From positions 288,001-352,000 of the forward strand of contig JAXHNL010000002.1 of NCBI GenBank assembly GCA_034520565.1: a stretch of DNA of 64,000 bases. Reading direction: 5' to 3'. The translations under genes and the position numbers were made by a program. The stretch is from Halodesulfurarchaeum sp. Its GTDB lineage: Archaea; Halobacteriota; Halobacteria; Halobacteriales; Halobacteriaceae. This document shows positions 29,613 through 39,294 of the stretch, in pieces. The notes under the pieces were generated by a model. The model did no database searches and was not told where the DNA came from. It saw only the letters and a list, made by a program, of their open reading frames with translations. Every line of letters begins with the position of its first letter. The stretch's first letter is position 1.

Positions 29613-30311
29613 ATGAGACGAACACTGACGATCCTGGTCGTGGGCCTGCTGGTCGCGGGTCTCGCGATCGGCGGAATCGCGACGGCGGCAAGCGCTCACG
29701 GCGACGATACCGAACAAAGTCCGTACGCGGACGGGTACGAGACCGAAAACGCCACCGACGCCTACGCGGCCATGATGGCCGAGTGGATGACGGCCCGGAT
29801 GGGGCCTGACGGCGTCGAGGCATTCGAGCAGGAGACCGGCACCACGGTCGAGGTCGTCGCCCACGCGATGGCCGAACAGATGGGGCCGGCAGCCGGCACC
29901 TGGAACGACTCGGCTGGAACTGCCCAGTACGGACCGGGCTGGGGCGGCGGATACCAGGCCCCGGGGAGCGGCTATGGCCCGGGAATGTACGGACCGGGAA
30001 TGCACGGACCGGGAATGCACGGGCAGGGGATGCATCACGGCGGCCACATGGGTCCGGCCTGGGGCTATGGCCCAAGTGCCGGTGAGGGGTCCGGCTTGTT
30101 CGGCGGCCCCGGCATGTTCGGCGGTCAATCCGGCCAGTACGGTGGCCAGGGCTACAGTCCGAGCCAGGGGCCGGGCATGTTTGGCGGCCAGGGACAGGGC
30201 TTCTTCGGCGGCTTCGGCCCCGGTAACTGGTTCGGCTCCGGCGGCGGTCATGGCAGCTACGGCGGTCACGGAATGGGCGGCGGCATGGGCGGAATGGGCG
30301 GCGGCTGGTAG
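29613..30311 (+). CDS. Secreted Gly/Met/His/aromatic-rich low-complexity protein
   Basis: Sec signal MRRT-hydrophobic-AASA|HGDD; Met-rich helical core; GPGM(Y/H) and GGQ/GMFGG repeats. Confidence 0.8.
   Translation: MRRTLTILVVGLLVAGLAIGGIATAASAHGDDTEQSPYADGYETENATDAYAAMMAEWMTARMGPDGVEAFEQETGTTVEVVAHAMAEQMGPAAGTWNDSAGTAQYGPGWGGGYQAPGSGYGPGMYGPGMHGPGMHGQGMHHGGHMGPAWGYGPSAGEGSGLFGGPGMFGGQSGQYGGQGYSPSQGPGMFGGQGQGFFGGFGPGNWFGSGGGHGSYGGHGMGGGMGGMGGGW
29976..30035 (+). repeat. 4 x 15-bp coding tandem repeat (GPGMY GPGMH GPGMH GQGMH)
   Basis: ggcccgggaatgtac / ggaccgggaatgcac x2 / gggcaggggatgcat. Confidence 0.9.
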
Positions 30312-30390
30312 ACCAGCGACGACAAAACAGGCCGTCCGCCGAACTGGCCGAGCGACTTTTCGGACCGGAACAGTCAGCGCGAGCGGCCGC

Positions 30391-32781
30391 TCAGTCGGAC
30401 CGGTCCGGAGCGATCCGCGAGAGTCGCATGGCGTTCCCAGTGACACCCAGGCTCATGCCCATGTCGCCGACGACGACCGCCAGGGCCACGCTCACCAGGC
30501 CCAGGGGAACGCCGACGGCGAGCACGGCTTTGACCCCCAGACTCGCCCAGACGTTCTGTCGAATGACACCGTTTGCCGTCTGGGAGAGGGCATAGAGGTA
30601 CGGAATTCGACCGATCTCGTCGCCCATGAGGGCGATATCGGCGGTTTCGAGGGCGGTATCGGTCCCGGCGGCACCCATCGCGATCCCGACCTCGGCGGTG
30701 GCGAGTGCGGGGGCATCGTTGATCCCGTCGCCGACCATGGCCACCTTCGAACCCCCGGACTGCAGCGATTCGACGGCCTCGACCTTCTGCTCGGGCAGAA
30801 GTTCCGCCCGGAACGTATCGACGCCGACCTGGTCGGCGATGGCCCGTGCCGTGTTCTCGTTGTCGCCGGTCAGCATCACGACCCGGTCGATCCCCAGTTC
30901 GTGCAACCGGTCGACGGCGCGAGCGGCGGTGGGCCGAACTTCGTCCGCGACCGCGATCGCACCGAGGAGTTCGTCCCCGTGACCCACGAGAATCACCGTC
31001 TTGCCGTCCCGTTCGAGGGCATCGATCGCCTTCTCGAAGCCGCGGGAGCGGGACGCGTCCATCTCCGCTGGGCCCGTAAGCGCACCCCCGTCCGTCAGGG
31101 GTGACCCGGACAGGTCGAACCCCAGTTCCTCGAAGAGGGCGGGTTTGCCGACCACGGCCGTCTTGCCGTCGACCTCGCCCCTGATGCCCCGTCCCGACAG
31201 GTTCTCGAAGGCAGTGGGGTCGGGAAGCTCGAGGTCGGCCGACTCGGCCCGGTCGAGAATCGCCCTTCCGATGGGGTGGGTGCTCCGCCGTTCGAGCCCG
31301 CCGGCCAGCCTGAGGACCGTCGTCTCGTCGGTCTCGCCGATCGGCACGACGTCCGTCACGGCGAGGTCGCCCTTGGTCAGCGTCCCGGTCTTGTCGAAGG
31401 CGATGGTGTCGACCCGTCCCATCGCCTCGAGGTGTGAGCCGCCCTTGACGAGCACGCCGTTCTTGGCCGCACTCGTGATGCCGGAGACGACCGAGACCGG
31501 CGTCGAGATGACGAAGGCACAGGGACAGGCGATGACCAACAGCGTGAGCCCCCGGATGAACCACGTCCGCCAGTCGCCGGCGAAGGTGAGGGTGAAGCCT
31601 CCCACGTCGACGGGGATCGGGCTCGTGATCAACAGTGGCGGCACCGTCGCGGTCAACAGGGCCAAAACGACCACCGTGGGCGTGTAATAGCCCGCGAAGC
31701 GGTCGACGAACTGTTCGGTTTCGGTCCGTTTGGCCTGGGCGCCCTGGACCATCTCGATGATCCGGGCGAGGGTCGAGTCGCCCGAGAGCGAGGTAACCTC
31801 GAGTTCGAGGTAGCCGGCCTCGTTGATCGCCCCGGCGAAGACCTCGTCCCCGGGAGTTTTGTCCACCGGGACGCTCTCGCCAGTGATCGGCGACTGGTCG
31901 ACCGCACTCTCCCCCGCCGTCACGCGTCCGTCGAGCGGGATCTTCTCGCCGGGACGGACGGCAACTGTCTCTCCCACTGTGACGTCCTCGGCGGGGACCG
32001 TCTTCGGCTCCCCGTCGCGGATCACGGTCGCCTCCTCCGGGGAGAGCGCGAGTAACTCCCGGAGCGAGTCCCGAGCCCGGTCCATCGCGTAGTCCTCGAG
32101 CAGTTCGGCGATGCTGAAGAGGACCGCCAGCGTCGCCGCCTCGACGAAGAAGCCGATCGCCGTCGCGGCGATGATCGCCGTCCCCATCAGCAGGTCGATG
32201 TCGAGGCTGAAATTCCTGGCCGAGTAGTAGCCACCCCGAACGACCGGCGCCCCACTCGTCCCGATCGCCACGAGGAAGAGGACCGCAGCGACCGAAATCG
32301 GGACGCCGAGGACCTGGCCCACGGTCGCGTTCACGCCAGAGAGAACGAACTCCACGAGGAGCCCGGCCACGAGAAACACGGCCCCGAGCCAGGTCTTCTT
32401 CGCTCGCGAACTCGTCCAGACCGCGGTCGGCGGGGCGACCTCGACGGCGGAATGGGACCCTGATTCGCCCCCGGAGCCTTCCGCAGTCCCGACACCGCCG
32501 TCCGAGTCGTCGGCGGCCGAGACGGTGCTGACCTCGTAGCCGGCGCCCTCGATCGCCTCGATGACAGCCGATTCCGTCGTCTGGTCGGGGTCGAAGGTAA
32601 CACTCGCCGTGCCAGTCGTCGCCTGGAGGGTGCTGTCGATGACGCCCTCGACCCGGTCGAGGCTCGTCTCCACTTTCTTCACGCAGGTCGGACAGTCCAT
32701 CTCCGGGACGCCGAGGCTGGTCGAGGCCTCGACACCCCGGACTACACCCTCCGACTCGCCCGGTTCGCGATCGTCGGTCAC
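30391..32781 (-). CDS. cadA: Heavy-metal P1B-type ATPase, CadA/ZntA (Zn/Cd/Pb) subtype
   Basis: HMA motif MDCPTC, ITGES, transmembrane CPC, DKTGT, GDGINDAP; Lys (SLGVK) and DMG in last helices typical of P1B-2. Confidence 0.92.
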   Translation of the reverse strand: MTDDREPGESEGVVRGVEASTSLGVPEMDCPTCVKKVETSLDRVEGVIDSTLQATTGTASVTFDPDQTTESAVIEAIEGAGYEVSTVSAADDSDGGVGTAEGSGGESGSHSAVEVAPPTAVWTSSRAKKTWLGAVFLVAGLLVEFVLSGVNATVGQVLGVPISVAAVLFLVAIGTSGAPVVRGGYYSARNFSLDIDLLMGTAIIAATAIGFFVEAATLAVLFSIAELLEDYAMDRARDSLRELLALSPEEATVIRDGEPKTVPAEDVTVGETVAVRPGEKIPLDGRVTAGESAVDQSPITGESVPVDKTPGDEVFAGAINEAGYLELEVTSLSGDSTLARIIEMVQGAQAKRTETEQFVDRFAGYYTPTVVVLALLTATVPPLLITSPIPVDVGGFTLTFAGDWRTWFIRGLTLLVIACPCAFVISTPVSVVSGITSAAKNGVLVKGGSHLEAMGRVDTIAFDKTGTLTKGDLAVTDVVPIGETDETTVLRLAGGLERRSTHPIGRAILDRAESADLELPDPTAFENLSGRGIRGEVDGKTAVVGKPALFEELGFDLSGSPLTDGGALTGPAEMDASRSRGFEKAIDALERDGKTVILVGHGDELLGAIAVADEVRPTAARAVDRLHELGIDRVVMLTGDNENTARAIADQVGVDTFRAELLPEQKVEAVESLQSGGSKVAMVGDGINDAPALATAEVGIAMGAAGTDTALETADIALMGDEIGRIPYLYALSQTANGVIRQNVWASLGVKAVLAVGVPLGLVSVALAVVVGDMGMSLGVTGNAMRLSRIAPDRSD

Positions 32782-32876
32782 GTCGAATACTGGGCACGGC
32801 ACGGGAATAGGGAGTCGGTTGGAATATCCAATCCCTGGTGGGACCAGTCGGTCGCTCCCGAAGCCACTCCAGCCCG

Positions 32877-33623
32877 TTACAGCGCGGAGGTCGGTTCGTC
32901 CACGCCCAGTTCGTCGACGTGCTCGCCCATCACGTGGGCTTCGGCCCGTCGCAGTCGGTAGGCGAGTGTGGAGCGCGGGACGTCGAGTCGCTCGGCGAGT
33001 TCGGCGACGTCGATCTCGCGTGGCGTTTCGTAGTAGCCGTGAGTCACGGCCGCCCGTAACGCTTCCCGCTGTTTGGCCGGCAAACCGTCGATGAGATCCG
33101 GGCCCGCCTTCGCGGTTTCGCCGGCCTCGGTCATCCGGCGCATCTCGAGGTCGGCACAGTCCCCGAGGGTCGCCTCGAGGGTGTCGACGAACGTCCGGAC
33201 GTCGCCCTCGCCGGAGTGGATGACCCGCCAGGTGTACTCGCGACCCCGGTTCAGCGTTTCGAAGAGAAGCCCGTCGCCGAGGGAGTCGATGGCGATATGG
33301 GGGACGGACACGCAGGTCACGCTGCGCTCCCAGTAGGAGTAAAGTACGAGTTCGTCGTCGGTGTGTTCGAGCACTTCGGTGGTCTGCTGGGCCCCGCAGT
33401 CGTCGGTCGCCAGGCAATCGGCGTAGTAATCGGCGGTCCTGACGGTCTCCTCGATAGCGTCGAGGGCTTCCGGGGAGCCGGTCGCGTGATCGACCCGCCA
33501 GAGACTCTCCGACGTGGCGTGGAGGGACAGCGAGCGGATGCGGGCCTCGGGGTGGGCCGCGAGCGTGTCCGCGACGGCGTTGCATCCTCGCTCGTAGGAC
33601 AGAGCGAAGACGAGTTCGCGCAT
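32877..33623 (-). CDS. HTH_10 (Bat-like) transcriptional regulator, probable regulator of the ATPase
   Basis: C-terminal QREALRAAVTHGYYETPREIDVAELAERLDVPRSTLAYRLRRAE; several Cys/His in the N-terminal domain. Confidence 0.88.
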   Translation of the reverse strand: MRELVFALSYERGCNAVADTLAAHPEARIRSLSLHATSESLWRVDHATGSPEALDAIEETVRTADYYADCLATDDCGAQQTTEVLEHTDDELVLYSYWERSVTCVSVPHIAIDSLGDGLLFETLNRGREYTWRVIHSGEGDVRTFVDTLEATLGDCADLEMRRMTEAGETAKAGPDLIDGLPAKQREALRAAVTHGYYETPREIDVAELAERLDVPRSTLAYRLRRAEAHVMGEHVDELGVDEPTSAL

Positions 33624-33761
33624 ACTCGGTCTACGGTCCAGAACGGTTTAACGGGTCGTTTCCTGACCCCCTTCCGTGGGGTCTGGGCCCGGCAACCGTC
33701 TCCGTTCGGGAACACTCCGGGCCAACGTTTATACGCCATAGCCGGACCAGTCCGGCTCGAT

Positions 33762-33860
33762 GCAGTGACCGCTTCCCGCCACGCGTTCGCGGGTGTGCGA
33801 CGTGTCGCGTGGTGGAGCCGACACGGAGTCGCCACCGTCACGGTGGCCGAATAATACACG
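33762..33860 (+). ncRNA. Candidate structured non-coding RNA
   Basis: TTTATA at 33728-33733, no usable ORF downstream, three complementary stem pairs (see findings). Confidence 0.45.
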
Positions 33861-33882
33861 TCGCCTGTTCGCCCCCGTCTCC

Positions 33883-35130
33883 CTACACCGGCTCGCCGAA
33901 GGCGTAGAAGGTGTTGTGGTCGGTGAGCTCGACCGTCACGCGGTCGCCCAGCTCGATGCCCGCGCTGTACTCGTCGGGGATCACGATCCGGTGGTAGGCG
34001 TCGTCGTAGCCCTGCAGCGAGCTGCCGGTCCCCGGCTCGGCCACGAGCACCTCCCGTTGCGAGCCGAGGAGATCCTCGTGAACTTGCCCGACGATCGTCT
34101 CCTTGCGCTCGGAGAGGTCCCGCGAGCGTTCCTTCTTGATCGTGCCACCCAGCCCCTTCATCTCGGCGGCGTCGGTCCCCGGCCGCTTCGAGAAGCGAGT
34201 GACGTTGATCGTCTCCGGTTCGACGGTCTCGAGGAGGTCCACGCTCGCCCGATGATCGCTCTCGCTCTCGGTGGGAAAGCCCACGACGAAGTCGGTGGCG
34301 AGGGTCCACTCATCGAGGATCCGATCGAAGGTGTCGACGATCTCCCGGAACTCCGCCACACTGTGCTGGCGCCGCATGTCCGCAAGCACGTCGTCCGAGC
34401 CCGACTGGACCGGCAGGTGGATGAAGTTGTACAGCTCCGGACAGTCGGCCATCAGGTGTGCGATCTCCTCGCGGATCGGATGAATCCCCCACGGGTTGGC
34501 CATCCCGAGCCGAACCCGAAAGTCGCCCTCGAGAGCACAGATGCCACGGAGGAGATCCGGGAGCCAGTGCTCGCCGTGATCGAGGCCGTAGACGCCCGTG
34601 TCCTGGCCGGTGATCCGGATCTCGCTGGCCCCGGCCTCGAGCAGCTCGCGAGCCCGCTCGACGTTTTCCTCGACCGGCGGCGAGTCGATTCGGCCGGTCG
34701 CGGCCTTCGTGATGCAGTACGAGCAGTCGCTCATGCAGCCCCGTGCGAGGGGAAGGATACCGATCACGCCCTCGAGGACCGGCTCGGTATCCGGCGTGAC
34801 GGTCGGGCACTCCCCGTTGCTCACCTCGTCGGGAACGTCGTCCCACCCCACGACAGCGGCGTCCACGTCCACCTGGGCGAACGCGGAGCCTTGCGCGAGG
34901 GCCATACACCCGGTGACGATCAGGTCGGCCTCGTCCTGGAGTTCCCTGGCCCGGCGGAGCATGTTGTCCTCGGTCGTCTCGATGACCGTGCAGGTGTTGA
35001 GAATGACCGCATCCGCGGCCGCCGGCGACTCGACGGGGCGGTGGCCACCGTCGCGGAGCCGCCGCTCGATGGCGCGGCTCTCGCCCCGGTTTGCCGTACA
35101 GCCGTAGGTTTCGATGTAGTACCGGGCCAT
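33883..35130 (-). CDS. tRNA t6A(37) methylthiotransferase (MtaB/MiaB-like radical SAM)
   Basis: ETYGCTAN, NTCTV, CMSDCSYC radical-SAM motif, HLPVQSGSD, C-terminal TRAM domain. Confidence 0.93.
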   Translation of the reverse strand: MARYYIETYGCTANRGESRAIERRLRDGGHRPVESPAAADAVILNTCTVIETTEDNMLRRARELQDEADLIVTGCMALAQGSAFAQVDVDAAVVGWDDVPDEVSNGECPTVTPDTEPVLEGVIGILPLARGCMSDCSYCITKAATGRIDSPPVEENVERARELLEAGASEIRITGQDTGVYGLDHGEHWLPDLLRGICALEGDFRVRLGMANPWGIHPIREEIAHLMADCPELYNFIHLPVQSGSDDVLADMRRQHSVAEFREIVDTFDRILDEWTLATDFVVGFPTESESDHRASVDLLETVEPETINVTRFSKRPGTDAAEMKGLGGTIKKERSRDLSERKETIVGQVHEDLLGSQREVLVAEPGTGSSLQGYDDAYHRIVIPDEYSAGIELGDRVTVELTDHNTFYAFGEPV

Positions 35131-35283
35131 TCGGTCGGCGAGGATAGCGGCCACGAGGTCAAAAGGGGCCCGGTCGGCCCACCCGATCGTCGTCAGCGAA
35201 AACCCCCGACAAATGGTAAAATTTAGCGCGTTTTCTCGGAGCCTGATAATGGCCGTCCGCCTTTTAGATCCCGTTGTTCAATC

Positions 35284-35313
35284 TTTAGCCAGGACTAAAT
35301 TAGGTGACCCAAA
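35284..35313 (+). promoter_or_regulatory. DtxR/IdeR-family-like operator(s) upstream of feoA
   Basis: Palindrome TTTAG-CCAGGA-CTAAA (35284-35299) followed by imperfect TTAGGTGACCCAAA (35300-35313). Confidence 0.7.
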
Positions 35314-35315
35314 GA

Positions 35316-35546
35316 ATGAGCGCAACACTCGCGGACGTTTCGACCGACGCCGCCTTCGAAATCGAGCGGGTCGAGGACGACGAACTCCTGGCGAAGCTCC
35401 GCCGGCTCGGATTCCTGGACGGTCGCGTCAACTGTCAACGGCGGCTCTCGAAGGGACCGGTCGTGGTCTCCCGACACGGAACGGATCTGGCCCTCGGGGC
35501 GAGCGTCGCCGAGACGATCACGATAACGGAGGTCGAGGAGCCGTGA
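35316..35546 (+). CDS. feoA: Ferrous iron transport protein A
   Basis: LRRLGFL...KGPVVV...LALGASVAETI SH3-like FeoA pattern, directly upstream of feoB. Confidence 0.9.
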   Translation: MSATLADVSTDAAFEIERVEDDELLAKLRRLGFLDGRVNCQRRLSKGPVVVSRHGTDLALGASVAETITITEVEEP

Positions 35547-37423
35547 GCGAAATCGACAACCCGGGAAAAGGGATCGAAACGGTCGCACTCGTCGGCGCCC
35601 CGAACGTGGGCAAAAGCGTGGTGTTCAACTACCTCGCCGACGAGTACGTCGACGTCTCGAATTACCCCGGGACGACCGTCGAGACCACGCTCGCCCGGAT
35701 GGGCGAGTACGCGATTACCGATACCCCCGGGGCCTACGGAATCGCCTCCTTCGATGAGGAAGAGCGGATCACCCGCGAGATCGTTCTCGAGGCCGACCGG
35801 GTGATCAACGTCGTCGACGTGACCCACCTCGACCGGGACCTGTTCTTGACCCTCCAGCTGCTGGACATGGGCGTTCCGACGGTCGTCTGTCTCAACATGA
35901 TGGACGAGGCCGAGGCGGCGGGGATCGACGTCGACCCGGACGCCCTCGAAGCCGCACTCGGGGTGCCGGTGGTACCGACGGTGGCCGTCTCCGGGAAGGG
36001 ACTCGACGAGATCCCCGAGCGGCTGGCAGAGGCTGATGCGCCAGCTGAACCGGCGATCGCGGATTACTTCGACGAGATTCCCGAGGACCTCGAGGTCGAC
36101 AGGCGCGAGCGGACCCTCCTCGCGGAGGCCGACGAGACCACCGCACGCGAAGTCGCCGAGCGGGCACCCTCGATTGCCGACGGTGGGACACCCTCCTACG
36201 TCGATCCCGATCGGCGGGACGCCATTTACAGCGATCGGCGCGACCGCGTCGGCGGGATCGTCGACCGCGTTGTCTCGGAAATCGAACGCGGGCGGACCTG
36301 GGCCGATCGCGCGAGCGACCTCATGTTGAACCCGCTCACCGGAACCCCGATCGCGCTGGGGTTGCTCGGGGTGATCTTCTACGTGATCGGCGTCTTCGTC
36401 GCCCAGACCTTCGTCGGCTTCACCGAGGGAGTGCTCTTCGGCGAGTATTACAACCCGTTCATGAGCGAACTGGTTGCCGGGCTCATGCCCGCCGCCGGGT
36501 GGGCCGAACCGATCGAGTTCCTGCTGATCAACGACAACCTGGGCTTGCTAACGATCACACTCCAGTACATGGTCGGTGTGCTCCTGCCGCTGATCGTGGC
36601 GTTCTACATCGTCATCGGGGCGCTTGAGGACTCCGGCGTGCTCCCCCGCCTGGCCGTCCTGACGGATCGGGGCCTCTCCCGGATGGGGCTCAACGGCCGG
36701 GCCATCGTCCCGATGATCGTCGGGGTCGGCTGTGTCACCATGGCTGTCATCACGACCCGGATGGTCGGCTCGCGGCGCGAGCGGCTGATCGCCACCGGCT
36801 TGCTCGGCCTCGCAATTCCCTGTTCCGCCCAGCTGGGGGTCATCATGGGGCTGCTCGCCGGGTTGGGGCTTGCCTGGTGGTTCGGCTATCTCGCTGTCCT
36901 GCTGGTCGTGCTGGGGCTCGTCGGACTCTCCCTCGACCGCGTCCTCCCGGGGGAAAGCGAGGGACTCGTGACGGAACTCCCCCGGATGCGGGTGCCCCGA
37001 CCGACGAACATCGTCCGGAAAACGAGCAACCGGACGAAGATGTTCTTCCGCGAGGCGGGCCCACTCTTCGGGGCGACGGCGATCGTCGTCTCGCTCGCCG
37101 ATTACACCGGGCTGCTGACGAGTCTCAAACAGCTCCTCGTGCCGGTGACGGCCTTCATCGGCATGCCGGCCGATTTCGCGCAGGTGCTCATTTTGGGCCT
37201 CATCCGCCGTGACTTCGCTGCTGCCGGCATGACCGACATGGCCCTGTCGGCACCCCAGATCTTCGTCGGGCTGGTCGTGATTACCTTCTTCGTCCCCTGC
37301 ATCCTCGCGATGGTGATGATCGGGAAGGAGCGCGACCTCAAATCGGGGCTGGCGACCTGGTTCGGATCCTGGCTCGTCGCCTTTGCCGTCGGCGGCCTCC
37401 TCGCGGTGGTGTTCGGGCTATGA
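35543..37423 (+). CDS. feoB: Ferrous iron transport protein B
   Basis: G1 GAPNVGKS, NYPGTTV, DTPG, NMMDEA; LEDSGVLPR, GCVTMA, PCSAQL, FFVPC gate motifs. Confidence 0.96.
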   Translation: MSEIDNPGKGIETVALVGAPNVGKSVVFNYLADEYVDVSNYPGTTVETTLARMGEYAITDTPGAYGIASFDEEERITREIVLEADRVINVVDVTHLDRDLFLTLQLLDMGVPTVVCLNMMDEAEAAGIDVDPDALEAALGVPVVPTVAVSGKGLDEIPERLAEADAPAEPAIADYFDEIPEDLEVDRRERTLLAEADETTAREVAERAPSIADGGTPSYVDPDRRDAIYSDRRDRVGGIVDRVVSEIERGRTWADRASDLMLNPLTGTPIALGLLGVIFYVIGVFVAQTFVGFTEGVLFGEYYNPFMSELVAGLMPAAGWAEPIEFLLINDNLGLLTITLQYMVGVLLPLIVAFYIVIGALEDSGVLPRLAVLTDRGLSRMGLNGRAIVPMIVGVGCVTMAVITTRMVGSRRERLIATGLLGLAIPCSAQLGVIMGLLAGLGLAWWFGYLAVLLVVLGLVGLSLDRVLPGESEGLVTELPRMRVPRPTNIVRKTSNRTKMFFREAGPLFGATAIVVSLADYTGLLTSLKQLLVPVTAFIGMPADFAQVLILGLIRRDFAAAGMTDMALSAPQIFVGLVVITFFVPCILAMVMIGKERDLKSGLATWFGSWLVAFAVGGLLAVVFGL

Positions 37424-37605
37424 GCGGGTTTGGCACCGTCACCTGTGAGACGTGTGGGTACGGCTACGATCCCGGCGACGGCCTGGACTGTCCGCGGTGT
37501 GGCTCCAGTTTCGACTGTTCGTCGCTGAGCTGCGATGACTGTGGGGCCTGTCCCACCATCGGCGGCGGCCTCCGGAGCGCGATCCAGTCCCTCGGCAGAA
37601 TCTGA
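37420..37605 (+). CDS. 61-aa Cys-rich protein (8 Cys), putative FeoC analogue
   Basis: ATGA overlap with feoB stop; CxxC-x11-CPxC-x5-Cx4CxxCxxC. Confidence 0.75.
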   Translation: MSGFGTVTCETCGYGYDPGDGLDCPRCGSSFDCSSLSCDDCGACPTIGGGLRSAIQSLGRI

Positions 37606-37618
37606 GCCGGTCCGCCGA

Positions 37619-38257
37619 CTACACCGGAGCGCCCTCCAGGATCGCCACGCCGGAACTCGCGCCGATCCGCTCGGCCCCAGCCTCGACCATCGCCATCGCT
37701 TCCTCGTAGCTGCCGATGCCGCCGCTTGCCTTCACTGAGAGGTACTCGCTCAGGAGTTCGACGTCCGGAACCGTCGCCCCGCCGTCGGCGAACCCGGTCG
37801 ACGTCTTGAGGAAGTCCGCTCCGGCTGCCTGTACCACCTCGCCGGCAACGTGTTTTTCCGCGTCGGTCAGCAGGGCCGTCTCGACGATGACCTTGACCGG
37901 GATCGAAACCGCCTCGACGAGGTCGATCAGTTCGGCAGTCACGGCTTCGGTCTCGCCGGCTTTCAGTCGGCCGACGTTGAGGACCACGTCGAGTTCGTCG
38001 GCCCCAGCTTCCTGGGCCGTGACGGCCTCCGCCCGCTTGGCTTCCGGTGCGTTCTGGCCGTGTGGGAAACCGATCACGGTCGCGATAGTCGTCTCGCTCG
38101 CTGCGGACGCCCGAGCCTCAGAGACGTAGCAGGGCGGAATACAGACGTTCATGCCCCACGATTCGGCTTCGTCGATGACCCGGTGGACGTCTTCGAGGGT
38201 CGTCTCCGGGCCGAGCACCGTGTGATCGATCAGCGGGGCGAGTTCCTCGCGGTTCAT
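37619..38257 (-). CDS. deoC: Deoxyribose-phosphate aldolase
   Basis: [40 protein letters not shown]. Confidence 0.96.
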   Translation of the reverse strand: MNREELAPLIDHTVLGPETTLEDVHRVIDEAESWGMNVCIPPCYVSEARASAASETTIATVIGFPHGQNAPEAKRAEAVTAQEAGADELDVVLNVGRLKAGETEAVTAELIDLVEAVSIPVKVIVETALLTDAEKHVAGEVVQAAGADFLKTSTGFADGGATVPDVELLSEYLSVKASGGIGSYEEAMAMVEAGAERIGASSGVAILEGAPV

Positions 38258-38340
38258 GACTCGACGAACGGCCCGGACGGGGAAAAGGTCCGGTGAAACC
38301 GTGACACCGCTTATGGCCCCGTGGCTCCAACCGAGGGGGT

Positions 38341-39294
38341 ATGCCCGTAGAGGAGGTCGAATCGACCGCCGAAGACATCGAGGAGATGGAGATCAGGGGC
38401 GCGGCGACCATCGCCGGCGCGGCAGCCGAGGCCCTCGGGGCCCAGGCCACGGCCAGCGAGGCGACCGATCCCGAGGCCTTCGAAGCCGAAATGCGACGGG
38501 CGGCCCGGGAGCTCTACGAAACGCGGCCCACGGCGGTCAGCCTGCCGAACGCCCTCCGGTTCGTGCTACAGGACATGGACGGGGAAACCGTCGACGCGAA
38601 GCGCGAATCGATCCTAGAAGCGAGCCGACAGTTCCAGGAGGATCTCGAGCACGCCCAGGAGCGGCTGGGCCGGATCGGGGCCAACCGGCTCCGCGACGGG
38701 GACCGGGTCATGACCCACTGCCACTCGACGGACGCCCTGGCGACGGTGCGACACGCCGTCGAATCGGGCAAACACATCGAGGCGATCGTGAAGGAGACCC
38801 GCCCGCGCAACCAGGGTCACATCACCGCGAGACGGCTCCGGGAGATGGGCGTCCCGGTGACCCTGATCGTCGACAGCGCCGCCCACCGCTACCTCAACGA
38901 CGTCGATCACGTGCTGGTCGGGGCCGACAGCATCGCCGCGGACGGCTCGGTGATCAACAAGATCGGTACCAGCGGCCTCGCGGTCAACGCCCGGGACCGC
39001 GGCACGCCCATCGTCGTCGCCGCCCAGACGTTAAAACTCCACCCGGGGACGCTCACCGGTCACACCGTCGAGATCGAGATGCGGGACGAAACGGAGGTGA
39101 TCGGCGCGGACAAACGGGAGGAGATCGGCGACATCGAGGTGAAGAACCCGGCCTTCGACGTGACCCCGCCACGGCACGTCGACGCGATCATCACCGAACG
39201 GGGGCAGTTCCCACCCGAGAGCATCGTCTCGCTCATGCGGGAGCTCTACGGCGACATGGACGAGGAGCCCTGGACCGAGCCGGCCGGGGAGTGA
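38341..39294 (+). CDS. Ribose-1,5-bisphosphate isomerase (eIF2B alpha-like)
   Basis: [48 protein letters not shown]. Confidence 0.93.
   Translation: MPVEEVESTAEDIEEMEIRGAATIAGAAAEALGAQATASEATDPEAFEAEMRRAARELYETRPTAVSLPNALRFVLQDMDGETVDAKRESILEASRQFQEDLEHAQERLGRIGANRLRDGDRVMTHCHSTDALATVRHAVESGKHIEAIVKETRPRNQGHITARRLREMGVPVTLIVDSAAHRYLNDVDHVLVGADSIAADGSVINKIGTSGLAVNARDRGTPIVVAAQTLKLHPGTLTGHTVEIEMRDETEVIGADKREEIGDIEVKNPAFDVTPPRHVDAIITERGQFPPESIVSLMRELYGDMDEEPWTEPAGE

Noticed and set aside
32782-33585. Apparent 1064-aa ATPase with a long N-terminal extension
   Set aside because: The extension is an alternate frame of the HTH regulator gene; the realistic ATPase start is GTG 32781.
33759-33770. 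ATG-CAG-TGA read as a selenocysteine or readthrough ORF
   Set aside because: The downstream frame is antisense to the methylthiotransferase gene and shows no protein-like features.
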